Of a stretch of DNA of 64,000 bases, positions 25,281-40,114 are shown piece by piece. Below the pieces are notes generated by a model, which was not told the origin of the DNA, searched no databases, and saw only the letters and a list, made by a program, of their open reading frames with translations. The DNA comes from Octopus vulgaris (Eukaryota): NCBI GenBank assembly GCA_951406725.2, contig OX597824.1, forward strand, positions 6,634,001 through 6,698,000, read 5' to 3'. The position numbers and the translations under genes are program-made. Each line of letters starts with the position of its first letter. Position 1 is the stretch's first letter.

Positions 25281-26600
25281 CAGGTTGTGCTCCAGCTGTA
25301 GAAAACCCATGCCAAATCAGACTGGAGTCTGGTGCAGCCTCCCAGCTTGTCAGCCCTGGTCAAACCGTCCAACCCATGCCAGCTTGGACAACGGGTATTA
25401 AATGATGCTGATGAGTAGGGTAGGGAGTATTTGAGCAGAGGTGACTGGTTCCTGTGCCGATAGCACATAAAAAGCACCATCCAAGTGTGGTCGATGCCAG
25501 TGCTGCCTGACTGGCCCTTGTGCTGGTGGCACGTAAAAAGCACCCACTATACTCTTGGAATGGTTGGCGTTAGGAAGGGCATCCAGCTGTAGAAACATTA
25601 CCAGCACGGATTGGAGCCTGGTGCAGCCTACTGGCTCTCCAGACATCAGTCAAACTGTCCAACCCATGCCAGCATCGAAAGCAGGTGTTAATCAACGATG
25701 ATGATGATGATGATGAAAGGTCCTCATTGATAGTACAACCTAACATTTGGTGTAATGACAAGGGCTCTTGTTGAAGAAGGATGCAGGGAAGTTTACTTGG
25801 TATTGCCTACTGGAGCCTCCAGCAGGTATTTAGAGGGAAAAATTTGACAAGTCAGTCAGTCATCAGCTGACACTTGTAGATGCCACACAGAAGAGGCCAG
25901 GGAACAGAAGAAAAAAGAAGAAAGAAGACATGCACCCAACACCAGAGCTGAAGACACCTCCAAAGGGAGGGGGGCCCCACCACGTCAAAATGGTAGAGGA
26001 GTAGGGGCCGAAACCGGACGTGGTTCCTCCTGATGATGTCTTGAGCTAACTGGATCCTATGAAGGAGCTGTAGTGGTAGCAGACCATGAAACACGGTTGT
26101 AATTCCTGTGCTTGTGATTTCATATTTTCTGGTTTTATAAGAAACAAGAGGGGTATGGTCCCACTGAGAAACATACGTTTAAGATCCCTGTTTATGAAAT
26201 TTAAAATATGAAACTTCAATAATCAATATCAAAAATGAAAAAAAAAAAAAAAATTTAAATGAAAATTTAAAAAATTCAGTGCAGGAGATTTTTTAAAGAT
26301 TTTTTTCCTTTTTACCAGTTATTTATTTTTCAATAACAATTACAAATTCTAATTCTGAAGTTACAAAGAAAAACAAGAGAATTTAAGGAAGAATACACAC
26401 AATGGCAAGATAATCAACGATAAGAAACGAGAAGAGATTTATTTGCCATATTCTCCTATGTTTGACAATTCTCTCTTGGAAAACCACAATTCTGAGATGC
26501 GTAAAGGATACAATACATATATATCTATATATATATATATATGTGTATATATATATATATATTTATACAGATGCACAAACATACAATCACACACACAAAC

Positions 26601-26642
<42 letters not shown>

Positions 26643-27029
26643 TACACATATATGCACACATGCATACACACATATACACACACATATATGTATATATACT
26701 CATCATATAGGACTGATAAAAAAATATTGAATGCTTTCTGCTATTCACTTAATTCAGTGAAAATTATATGTGAATCAACATCTGTTAAAAATCCCTATTT
26801 CAAGACAAAATACAAGAAAAAAAAAGAACAAAATAATAATAATAAAGTATTTTTTAAATGATTTAGGCTATTTGCAACATAAAAAAATAGAAATTAGAAA
26901 AAAAAAATTTTTTTTTGAATATTTTCATATATTTAATCTTACTTTCCTTGATATTAAAAATATCAAACTATTAAATCAACAACAATAACAACAGAAATTA
27001 GAATTTGCCCCCCAGTTTTATCATTGTTA

Positions 27030-27409
27030 TATGCATGTGTGTGTGTGTGTGCATATATTTATATATATGTATATATGTGTGTATGTATATATATATGTGT
27101 GTATATGTATATATGTGTGTATGTATATATATATGTGTGTGTATGTATATATATATGTGTGTGTATATACATATATATGTGCATATGTATATATATATGT
27201 GTGTGTCTATATATATATATATGTGCATATATATATATATTTGTGTGTGCATATATATATGTATATATATGTGCATATATGTATGTGTGTGTATATATAT
27301 GTGTATATATATATATGTATGTATATATATGTGTATATATATATATATATACATACATATATACATACACATATATATATGTATATACATACATATATAT
27401 ATGTGTATG

Positions 27410-27462
<53 letters not shown>

Positions 27463-27819
27463 GTATATATATATGTATATATATAACAGATTTAAATAAA
27501 TAAACAAAATATAACAGGTTAGTAGAATAGGTTTATTTCTATGTGGCATAGAAATAAAAGAGCAATGAATTTGGAACATTTATAGAGAATGAAGCCAGGA
27601 GACGTATCTACACAGTCATTAGATTTATGCAGAAATACACACACACTCACACACGCGTGTGTGAGTGTGTGTGTGTGTGTCTACATATTCGAGAATTAAT
27701 CTAAACATATGCATACATAAGCACATATGCATGTAATGGCCTTTCCGATATGCATACAGATATACACGTCTATGTGAACATACAAATATATATACACACA
27801 CATTTACATATATATATAC

Positions 27820-27873
<54 letters not shown>

Positions 27874-27920
27874 GTATATGTATATATATATGTATATATA
27901 TATATGTATATATATATATG

Positions 27921-27989
<69 letters not shown>

Positions 27990-28084
27990 GTATATGTATA
28001 TATATATATGTATATGTATATATGTATATGTATATATGTATATGTATATATACATATGTATATGTATATATACATATATATATG

Positions 28085-28141
<57 letters not shown>

Positions 28142-28276
28142 GTATATATATATATGTATATATATATATGTATATATATATATGTATATATATATGTATA
28201 TCTATATATGTATATATATATATGTATATATATATATATGTATATCTATATATGTATATATATATATGTATATCTA

Positions 28277-28333
<57 letters not shown>

Positions 28334-28340
28334 GTATATA
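27030..28340. repeat. (TA)n/(TATG)n microsatellite blocks
   Basis: Seen directly at 27030-27485 and 27780-28340. Confidence 0.97.
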
Positions 28341-29137
28341 CAAGCGCAAACGTACTAATGGAGATCCGTAATCTCCTATTCACATATATATACACACAAA
28401 AACGAATTCATGTGTGTATACTGGTGTATAATTGAAGTTTGTGTAGAAATATTACATGTATTCAGCATTTTGTAATAATATCTAGAGGTTTTGTTGTGAA
28501 TATACACATAAGGATAGTTATATGTAGGTACTGTTATACGTAAGTATACAGTTATACAGCAATGTAGAGCTTTACAGTTATACATAAAAACAAATATAAT
28601 TACTTTGACACAAATTTATACATTAAAAATGTCAGAGATAACCATTTCTTTATACACATTCTACGATGTGTACACCATTAAGTAAATGTGCATGTGTATA
28701 TATATATATATTTATATATATATATACATACAACATACACACACACACACACAAAGAAATATATTCATATACATACATATATTTTATATGTGTAAGACAC
28801 ACATACACACACACATATATATATATATATGAAACCATAAATATATACATGTATATATATGTAAAGATTTTTAGTAGATACATATGCATAAGTATACTTC
28901 AGAAAATGTATTCATATATATGTGCAAATATATACATAAATATATACATATGTATATATATACATAAATATATACACACATACATATAAAATATGTATCT
29001 ACATAAGCATATAGATATATGATATATATGTTCCCTGTTTCTCTTTCTGTCTGTCTGTCTGTCTGTGTCTCTCTCTCTCTGTATATATACACATACATAC
29101 AAATGTATACATATATATACATAACTATATATACATA

Positions 29138-29189
<52 letters not shown>

Positions 29190-29295
29190 TGAAACAGTTC
29201 TAGTCCTGTAGAAGCTCCTTCTATATAATAAATTAATTTACTCTGCTATGTATTGAGTACCTTATTTACTGTGGTTAACCCCGACTCAACCTGGG

Positions 29296-29341
<46 letters not shown>

Positions 29342-29464
29342 ATATGTAGAATTAATATAGATCTGTATGTGTGAATAATCATAGATAACGGACATCTTAA
29401 TACCTCAGAGTAAGAAGTTCTTTCCTATGTAGACTAACACAAAGAATCCGAATAAACAATGCAA

Positions 29465-29532
<68 letters not shown>

Positions 29533-30041
29533 CATATATATATACATATATATATCAAAATAGAATATTTCCATTGCAGGGACAGTAACCGCGTTGCTGG
29601 AGGCTATTTGTGGTCATAGAGGAAGAACTAGTGAACTTGTCAGACAAAAGGAGATAAATAAGGGGTCACATTTACTCAGATCAGGAACAAACACAATTAA
29701 AATGCCGTAAGTCATGAATTGTCAAAAGCCAGTTGTTATATGTGTGAATGTGTGTGGGTGGGGAGGTTTATGTGCATACAGATATATTATATATATATAT
29801 ATACATACACACACAAACACATATCTATATATATATATAGCTATATAGATTTATCTATCTATCTACCTATATATGCATACATATACTTTTTATCTATATA
29901 TACATATACATATATCTATATAACTATCCATCTATCTATATATATATATATGTATATCAATATATAATTATAAATACATATATATATATGTGTGTATATA
30001 TATATATGTATATATGTGTGTATATAAATATATCTACACAT

Positions 30042-30094
<53 letters not shown>

Positions 30095-30615
30095 TATATA
30101 AACACTACATATACATACACTAGATATACCTACTTATGCTGTTTTCAAATTTAGGGACCAGGGCAGTAATTTCAAGGGAGGGAATAAGCCAATTACATCT
30201 ACCCCAACTGGTACCTATGTTATCAACCCTGAAGGGATGAAAGGCATGGTTCACCTTGGTGTAATTTGAACTCAGAGTGTAAAGACAGAGAGAATGCTGC
30301 TAAGTATCTTGCCTAACGATACTGTAATAATTGGGCCAACTCATCGCCTTCTCATACACCCACACTATATATATATAGGCGAGATAGAAGGCGATGAGCT
30401 AGGAAAAACGTTAGCATGTCAGGCGAAATGCTTAGCCATATTTCGTCTGCCGTTTCATTCTGAGCTCAAATTTTGCCGAGGTCGACTTTGCCTTTCATCC
30501 TTTCAACATTGATGAATTAAGTACCAGTTACGCACTGGGGTCGATGTATTTGAGTTAACCCCTTTGTCTGTACTAGTTTGTCCCCTCTATGTTTAGCCCC
30601 TTGTGGGCAATAAGA

Positions 30616-30661
<46 letters not shown>

Positions 30662-30793
30662 GTGTGTGTGTGTTTGTATGTATATATATGTATATACATA
30701 ATCATACACACAGATGTATATATATATATATATATATATACATATTACTGGCAGTGCCCCAGCTACAAAGCTGAAACATAAAACAATAAAAGA

Positions 30794-30854
<61 letters not shown>

Positions 30855-31182
30855 TATATAAATATATGTATATGTATGCATATATGTAAACATAATAATA
30901 GACCTATATTCGTAAGTTATAACTATAAGATAAGTAATTAATAAATGTGAATGCAGCTGAAATTGTACTTCCTGGTGGCTCAGTTGCAATAATTCATATC
31001 GAAACAGGAATTTTGCCAACTCATGTTTCACGACAAGTTTTATGGTGGATGGACACTGCACAAGTAAATCAAAACTTCTCTTATTTATTCCTGGCTGACG
31101 AGGGTTCGGCTTGTACCTTTGTGAATGAAAATAGTTTCCAGAAACACAAATTGTTTCAAAGCAGAAGATACATACATACATA

Positions 31183-31237
<55 letters not shown>

Positions 31238-31422
31238 TTTATTTTCGCATGTAAGCCACAAAATGTATTTTGGTATAATTAATCTATACGTTAAATTACG
31301 TTGCACCCACTACAGTTTATAGAGTATGGTTGTGGAAAGTTGCTTTAAGATGTTTACCTATCACATTTATGGAAAAATTACATACACACATACATGTATC
31401 ACCATATATTTTTCCATAACCG

Positions 31423-31465
<43 letters not shown>

Positions 31466-31506
31466 CATGCATACATACGCATATATATATACACACATAT
31501 GCATGG

Positions 31507-31544
<38 letters not shown>

Positions 31545-31577
31545 ATATATATATATTTCTATTTTTAGATTAGTGAC

Positions 31578-31608
<31 letters not shown>

Positions 31609-31677
31609 ATAAATATATATATGTATATATATATTCATGGGGATGTCTGTGTGTGTATATATATATATGGATAAGAG

Positions 31678-31719
<42 letters not shown>

Positions 31720-31756
31720 GGATATATATATATATATCCATAGAGATATATGCGTA

Positions 31757-31789
<33 letters not shown>

Positions 31790-32410
31790 TTCAGAAATAG
31801 ATGTGTTTCTGTATCACAGAAGTGCTAAGCACCAGCCAAAGAACCAATGACATTTTCAGTAAAAGACTTATCCGAATGTCTGTGTTCAATGCACTCATAC
31901 AGAAATATTTAGACATTACCATGAAATACAGAGATGTCAACACAAACAGCCAACTGCTTCAGTTGAAATTTAAAATATATATCACCCAGAATATCAGGAA
32001 CAGCGGTCAAACAGAATGACCTTTGACCAAAGAGAAACAAAATATATGAATAACGGTAGTTTACAAAGTGATACACAGCATCACTGTTTCCATAGAGAGC
32101 AAAAAATAAAAATAGCTTTTGAATACATGTGTATGTGTATATATAATATACATATGTATATGTAATATATATTTACACAGACAGATTGATAGATGTTTAT
32201 CTATATGCATACATATGTCTATATATGTACATGTATGTGCATATATGATATGTATTTTATATACATATATAACATACACACACACATAAACACACACTTT
32301 TTAAACAAACCTCAAGAGGTTAAACTAATGTCAACCCTTAACGCAAGAACTGGCATAAGATGCTCTTTCTGTCTTGTACATACATGAACACATATATGTA
32401 TGTATGTATG

Positions 32411-32441
<31 letters not shown>

Positions 32442-32449
32442 GCAAGTAC

Positions 32450-32487
<38 letters not shown>

Positions 32488-33214
32488 GCAAGTAAATACA
32501 TACATACATATATATATGCAATGTATGTATATATATGGGTATATATATGTATATTAATGAAATATCTACCTATATATCTATCTGCCGATATATGTGTGTA
32601 TATATATATATATACATACATGTACTCACACATATGTGCATATTCATTTGCTTGTATAGGAATATAATCACGTGCATATATATATATATATATGTAAACA
32701 TATATATATATATACACACACACACATATATGTATATGTATAAATCTTTAGGTAAATATATATATGTATGTATGTTTGTATATATATATATATATATGTG
32801 CATGTATGTGTGTGTATATGTAGGATGAGAAGGAAAAGACACTGGAGAAGAAAGAATATGGAATGAGCAAAATAAAGACGTGATGAAATGAGGATTAATA
32901 ACAACACATATCTCTTATATAGCTGTATGCAAATCCCATGCAATCAATACAGTTAATCCCTTTATTTCCCTGATGTATTCCCACATCAGTTTTTGTCTAC
33001 TCTTAACAATCAACAGGCTTTTTTTGTTCATTAATCATTGATTCAACTATGTTTACAATATACCATTCATAGTACCAGATTTTATTTTAATTTTTATTCT
33101 AGTTTATTTTTTTTTAGTTTATTTCCATAACTGAAGCAGACTGAGAAGTACTGCTTGCTTGTTAGTTTCTTAGTTTGTTTGCTTACTTCAGCAATGTACA
33201 CACACAATAGCATA

Positions 33215-33372
33215 TCAACAGGGTACGTTTTGATGGCCTGGTGATGATAATAGATCTTTGTATTCATGAAGGGCTTCTTTGAGGGCTTTGCACACTTGTG
33301 GTGAAGAAGAGGTGGTGCATTCCACAAGGGAAGGATAAAGCTGTATCACCTGCTGCCAGACACTGGGTTCCA
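33215..33372 (-). CDS. MON2: MON2 terminal coding exon
   Basis: VEPSVWQQVIQLYPSLVECTTSSSPQVCKALKEALHEYKDLLSSPGHQNVPC* matches human '[35 protein letters not shown]'. Stop TGA at 33215-33217. Confidence 0.96.
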
Positions 33373-35135
33373 CTGTGGATGAAATAATAAAGACAAAGGT
33401 GAGATAAAACAGAAATTAAATTGGTCAAGCTGGAATCCCAACAATGTCAGTGTATCGTGAAAACAAAAAACAAAAATGAAAAACAAAATACGATGAGCTT
33501 TAATAAAGTTCAATAAAAATTCAATTTATAAAAAACCAATCTATAAAACAAACAATATGTTAATTAATAAAACACGCTAATTCTAAATCATTATGGTTTA
33601 TTTTTTGCATGAAATAAATTCTTTCTCTAAAATGATTTTTCCTTCGTTAAATATCCTACTAGAGCTGTGATGGGAAAGGAGTTTGTCGAAAAGTTCATTT
33701 CCTAACCACATGCTTAGAGAAAATCCTGTCGTGTGTTGTGCCGGTGGCACATAAAAGTGCCCACTACACTCTTGGAGTGGTTGGCGTTAAGAAGGGGATC
33801 CAGCTGTAGAAACTCTGCCAGATCAGACTGGAGCCTGGTGCAGCCATCTGGTTCGCCAGCCCTCAGTCAAATCGTCCAACCCATGCTAGCATGGAAAGCG
33901 GACATTAAACAATGATGATGATGATTATATATATATATATACATATATATATACATGTATGTATGTATATATATACATGTATGTATGTATGTATGTATGT
34001 ATGTATATATGTATGTATGTACATGTGTATGTGTATGTATGTATGTATGTATGTATATATGTATGTATGTATATGTGTGTGTGTGTATGTGTGTGTATGT
34101 ATGTATGTATATGTATAAGTTTGTCCCCCTCACCATCACTTGACAACTACTGTTGGTGTGTTTACCACCCCATAACTTAGCGGTTCGGCAAAAGAGACCG
34201 ATAGAATAAGTACTGGGCTTACAAAGAATAAATCCTGGGGTCCATTTCTTCAACTAAAGCTGGTGCTCCAGCATGGCCACAGTCAAATGACTGAAACAAG
34301 TAAGAGAGTATGGTTGTGTGGTGAAAAGGTTCACTTCACAACTATGTGCTTTCAGTTTCAATCCCACTGTGTGGCACCCTAAGCAAGTCTCTTCTACTAC
34401 AATCCCAGGCCAACTCAAGCCTCGGGAGTCAATCTTCACGCCCCTGTTGCTCATCAACCAGAGAGGGTTCGCTTATGTCCTCATGACTTAGAAGTTCATC
34501 AAAAGAGACTGACAGAACAAGTATCAGACTTTGAAACAGACAAGAACAGAGGGCGATCCAACTGACTACACTTGTCAAGGTGGTGCTCCAGCATGGCCAC
34601 TGTCCAAGGACAAAAAATGTAAATGTCTCTACTTAAGTTCTTTTTATTTCATTTTGTTTAATTTTTATTTCATTTTATTCTTTGACCAGGTTATTGAGAT
34701 TCGAATTAAGTGATTATAAATTTAATTAAATGATTATAAATTTATATGGTATGACTGTTAATTGAAATAAATGAATCTTTAATGAAATTAACTAAAATTT
34801 TGTTAATGATATACTCTACAAATCAATAAAGGTAAATTATGAAGAGCTGTTGCTACCAAAATTATGTATACGCTACTATCAAATTGGTAAGATTATAAAT
34901 TCTATAACTAGACATTACCAGGTTATAAAAGATAATGGTGTCATCAAGACCCAAAGGTGTTAGGTAATGCTGAATAAGTGCTATAGACAGACCATAGTTA
35001 AGTTCCAGGTTCGGTGATTTTGCGAATAAGGGGTTCAACATTGGTCATATGTCAGCATGTGTATATAAGATTATTTTGCGTAATGAAATAAAAAAACCAA
35101 GGCTGTGTAGATATTAGAGCATTTATAGATAGAAG

Positions 35136-35187
35136 GTCTTACATCTGTTTCCAGGATATTAATTAATAATATCCCTTCATCGGAGAC
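35136..35187 (-). ncRNA. Type-I hammerhead-like motif with CCGAUGA core variant
   Basis: gtct-CCGATGA-a-gggatatta/ttaat/taatatcct-g-GAAA-cagatg-TA-agac. Perfect 4-bp helix I, 9-bp stem II, GUA triplet. Confidence 0.6.
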
Positions 35188-36944
35188 AGTGTGAGAGGAT
35201 GGTTAAGTCATAGTTAGTTTAGATGTAATACAAAATAGAGAGTAAGGTGGAGGAAAGAAAATAGATGCGAGATATGTATGGGTATTGAAGTTGTAGATCC
35301 GTTTTTTAGGTAGAATGGTATCCTCTCACACCGTCTCCGATGAAGGGATATATATATATGTGTGTGTGTGTGTGTGTTTTATGTATGTATGTGTGTGTAT
35401 GTATGCTTGTGTGTGTTTTACATATGTATGTTTTATGTATGTATGTATGTATGTGTGTGTGTTTTATGTATGTATGTGTGTGTGTGTATGTTTTATGCAT
35501 GTATGTATGTATGTGTGTATTTATGAATGTATGTATGTATATGTGTGTGTGTATGCATGTGTGTATGTATGTATGTGTGTGTATGTATGTGTGTGTATGT
35601 ATGTGTGTGTGTATGTGTGTGTGTGTGTATGTCCAATTTGTGTACGAGTGTAAACTGAAGAACTGGTTACTATAAAATCATTTTCTAACACTTATTAGAA
35701 TTATTTGGAGCCTAAGTCTGCAAAAATGGTAAATTCTAAGATTTATAAACCATTTCTAATGGTGGAACCCAAAGTAGATAAAGCTATAAATAACAGAATG
35801 AAGATTATTGGATAAAAATAATCCTTGGACGGAAAAAGCTGAAGACCCTCCATGTGACTCGAACTCACATCTTCTGTAAACATATAAACATGACAGACTT
35901 TCTACCATTATACCAAAGCAACAGTTTGAAATTTCTCCATCTGTTTTAAAACAGTTATATGTTTTTTCCCCCAAAGTTATTAATTATATAATTTAACCAA
36001 AATATGATTTTTCATCTCTTGGAATCAAAATGTGAATCAAGTTTTGTTTCAGATAGAACTTAACAAACACACTACCACCATATATTATTGTCTGTCTTTA
36101 TCAACTGAAGTGCTGCTTTTTGTATCAGTGTATATATTCTCTATTCTCTGTTTGTTTTAGTTTCTGTCTTTCCAAATCTTCTTTGACTTAATTCCTCACA
36201 GCATAAACATTTATTCCATTGTGCAAACTATTTTTCTTTTTTTTTTTTTGTGTATATGAAACATTAATGTGTCTTTTAAACTTGCAACATCAGTTCATTG
36301 TAAACATAAATTTATGGCAGACACAAACTTTAGAAAACATAAGTTCATTGTAGACAGGAGAAGTAAATCATAATCATATTTTGTTTTGTAGTAAAAAAAA
36401 AAAAAAAAAAAAAAAAAATTACTTCTAGATAAGCAGAAAATAAACAATGACAATGTTAAAAAAATAATAATAAATTAAATAAAAATATAATTCAGAACAA
36501 TGAAAACTGTTAAATCTGAAGACATGTCTGGAAACAGCTTTCTACTGCTTAGCAAATACACTCACTCTCTCTTCCTCGGTAACCCTCTCTTTGTAGTCCT
36601 CACAACAGCAGTTTCAATATTGTGTTTATATGGAAGAGAGAATGCTATATAATTCTATTTCACACTCTGATTTGATGTTTATCATGAATGCTTATAACCA
36701 AAACTAGTATGATAGGAGAATTTGATTAAATTGGAATTTACAAGTTGGAGAAGATCTAGAATGAAAGAAGCTAAAACAATGAATGAGAATAAAAGAATGG
36801 AGAAAACAGAGATAAGGGATGTAAACCAGTGCAAAAAATTATATTGTTGTGTGTTTTGTTAAGTTCTTACTGAAACAAAAACTTCATTTTAGTTTTATAT
36901 TTGTAGATGAAATCCTATATCAAGTGACCTCTTGAACCTTGTAA

Positions 36945-37755
36945 AAGAGATAGATTCGTTAATACAAACTGTAAGATTCTCCAGCAGGGATACACAAGCA
37001 TAAAATTTGGTATAGATAAGTGTGCAATATTAGTCACGAGAAGGGGACAGGTAGTCAACAGCGAAGGCGGCGAGCTGGCAGAAACGTTAGCACGCCAGGC
37101 GAAATGCTTAGCAGTATTTCGTTTGCCGTTACGTTCTGAGTTCAAATTCCACCGAGGTCGACTTTGCAATTCATCCTTTCGGGGTCGATTAGATAAGTAC
37201 CAGTTACACACTGGGGTCGATGTAATCGACTTAATACCTATGTCTGTCCTTGTTTGTCCTCTCTGTGTTTAGCCCCTTGTGGGTAGTAAAGAAATAGGTA
37301 TTTTGTCTGCCATTATGTTCTGAGTTCAAATTCCGCAGAGGTCGACTTTGCCTTTCATCCTTTCAGTGTTGATTAAATAAGTACCAGTTACACACTGGGG
37401 TTGATGTAATCGACTTAATCCGGTTGTCTGCACTTGTTTGTCCCCTCTATGTTTAGCCCCTTGCGGGTAGTAAAGAAATAGGTATTTCGTCTGCCTTTAC
37501 GTTCTGAGTTCAAATTGTGTCGAGGTCGACTTTGCCTTTCATCCTTTCGGGGTCGATAAATTAAGTACCAGTTTCACACTGGTGTCGATGTAATCGACTT
37601 AATACGGTTGTCTGTACTTGTTTGTCCCCTCTGTGTTTAGCCCCTTGTGGGCAATAAAGAAATAGGTAGTTGACAGTGAAGGCATCCAATTACCAGATGG
37701 CCAGACATTAAAATAATTGAAAGGAGGAGAGCGCTATAAGTATCTAGGAGTACAA
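36945..37755 (+). mobile_element. R4/Dong-like RT fragment split by a SINE array
   Basis: KEIDSLIQTVRF..IKFGIDKCAILVTRRGQVVNSEG, then the SINE array, then GIQLPDGQTLK*LKGGERYKYLGV. Confidence 0.8.
37069..37664 (+). mobile_element. Triple tandem array of SINE family B
   Basis: Same organisation, with a ~19-bp imperfect TSD ggtagtYRacagYgaaggc (37050-68 and 37665-83). Confidence 0.88.
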
Positions 37756-37884
37756 TATTCCTACACACATATCACCAAATAAACTCAAAACATATTCTGT
37801 ATAAAGTTTTGTTTTACATAACCCCTAATGGCTTTTCCTGTCTTTTATGCATCTAATTTTCTACTCATTTGGTCATCTCTTATT

Positions 37885-38099
37885 TAACCGTTTCAATGCC
37901 AGCTCATCTGAAACTGACCCCGGTTTGATATAAACTTCATCTTTCAAAGTAATTTAAATGGAAACCTTTCATCAAAATTCCATGCTAATTTTGTGTTCCA
38001 AACACCAGCTTCATAATGATAAAGTAATTTTACAAAATTGTTCATTACTTTCAAAATTAATTAAAACAAAGGCAAAGTATTTTGACAGAAATACGTTAA
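37885..38099. mobile_element. Possible TTAA-bounded MITE
   Basis: Begins ttaaccgtttc and ends gaaatacgttaa. AT-rich and non-coding, with short decayed terminal repeats. Confidence 0.35.
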
Positions 38100-38719
38100 T
38101 AAACAAGTTAAAATATTCAGGAATCCTTGACAGTCAGTGTTAACCTTAGGGCCAATACAGTTTGGCACTAGTGTTATCACTGGTTTTGCTATCGGGATGG
38201 AAAAGGCCACAACAGATGCAACAAGGCATCTCATCAGAATTCCACCAATTCGCTGCCTTTGATTGGTAAATTTCTGTTGACCCCAAAAGGATAAAAGCAA
38301 ATTTGACCTCAGAAAGATTAGGGCCACATAGAGTCAGAATAAATACTACAGGACATTCATCTGGTTTTTTTTTGGTGATTAAAAAAAATAATTTAAAAAA
38401 AAATTTTTTAATAATTTATATTCAGAATTTAAGCAAAGTAAAAACAGAATTTAAAATTTTCAAAACTTACAGAAAAAAATGAAACAGAAAGAAAAGAGTT
38501 TTTTAACTTCACCATCAAATATTTTGTATGAAATTTTTAAAACATAAAATCATGTGAATTTAAATTTTTAAGAATACAAAAATAAATGAGTAGCATTTGA
38601 TAGTTTGGTATGTATGCATATATATATATATATATATATACACACGCACACACACATATATATATATATATACACACACACATATATATATACACATATA
38701 CATATATATATATATATAT

Positions 38720-39112
38720 ACTCTTTTACTTGTTTCAGTCATTTGACTATGGCCATGCTGGAGCACCGCCTTTAATCGAGCAATTCGCCCCAGGACTTAT
38801 TCTTTTGTAAGCCCAGTACTTATTCTATCGGTCTCTTTTGCCGAACTGCTAAGTAACGGGGACGTAAACACATCAGCATTGGTTGTCAAGCAATGCTAGG
38901 GGGACAAACACAGACACACAAACACACATATATATATATATACATATATACGACAGGTTTCTTTCAGTTTCCATCTACCAAATCCACTCACAAGGCTTTG
39001 ATCAGCCCAAGGCTATAGTAGAAGACACTTGCCCAAGGTGCCACGCAGTGGGACTGAACCCGGAACCATGTGGTTGGTAAACAAGCTACTTACTACACAG
39101 CCAATCCTGCGC
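38720..39112 (-). mobile_element. SINE family A copy
   Basis: Full-length reverse complement of the family A consensus. Confidence 0.85.
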
Positions 39113-39183
39113 CTATAATATATACATGTATGTATGTATGTATGTATATATACATATATATATACATATATATACACATATAT

Positions 39184-39233
<50 letters not shown>

Positions 39234-39389
39234 ATACCTGTTGTTATTCTTGTTATTTGTATTTGTAATTGAGTAACATTTTCTCTGTCTTCTTGTTTTT
39301 CTCATTAAACACACACACACCTACATGCATATACAAATACATAAACGTACAGATATCAGGTTGTTATCAAAATAGAGTGTAGTTCTTAC

Positions 39390-39472
39390 CATTGTTTGGG
39401 GAAGCTTTCTTTAGACTTAATAGCAAAGTCGTTATGGCCTTCAGAACAGAAGCAATTTCAGCTAAACGTGGT
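39390..39472 (-). CDS. MON2: MON2 penultimate exon
   Basis: PRLAEIASVLKAITTLLLSLKKASPNN matches human '[27 protein letters not shown]'. CAG acceptor, GTAAG donor, phases fit both neighbours. Confidence 0.95.
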
Positions 39473-40114
39473 CTGAGAAAAAGAGAAATAAAATCATTTA
39501 GAAAATGGAATCTTTGAATGTTCCTCACATAATTAAACTTGAATCTGAAAACTGAGAAATTTTAAAGATCTGTGATAAACAGGATTAATTAATTCTTTGT
39601 CACCAAATTTCTGTAGAAATACACAGTTCTTGGATAGGATGAATGTTTGTAATTTAGCCCCGGGAGACATCATCTCCAGCTGGCTATACGACACGATCTG
39701 TGTCCTTATATTTTCAAACAAGGGAATCTAGCACCCCCACAGATATTGTTTTGAGCTAAGTGGGGGTGCTAGTCAACTTTGTCTTTCATCCTTTCGGGGT
39801 CGATAAATTAAATACCAGTACTGGGGTCAATGTGATTAATTGTCCACTCCCCACCACTCTCCACAAAAAATCCAGTCCTTGTGCCTATAGTGGAAAGGAT
39901 TATTATTATTGTTGTTGTTGTTATCATTATTTAGGAGGAAAGTTGCATTTCAACTGTTGCTACATTCTGAGTTCAAATTCCAGCAAAGTCTACTTTGCCT
40001 TTCATTCTTTTGGGGTTGATAAAATAAGCACCAATTGAAAACTGGGACTAATGTACTAGACTGACTCCCTGCCACAAAATTTAGGTCTATATTATTATTA
40101 GTATTATTGTTGTT

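Noticed and set aside
38210-38240. Minus-strand CTGATGA followed by a perfect stem gatgc/gcatc
   Set aside because: No GAAA follows the stem and there is no helix I or III, so it is not a hammerhead.
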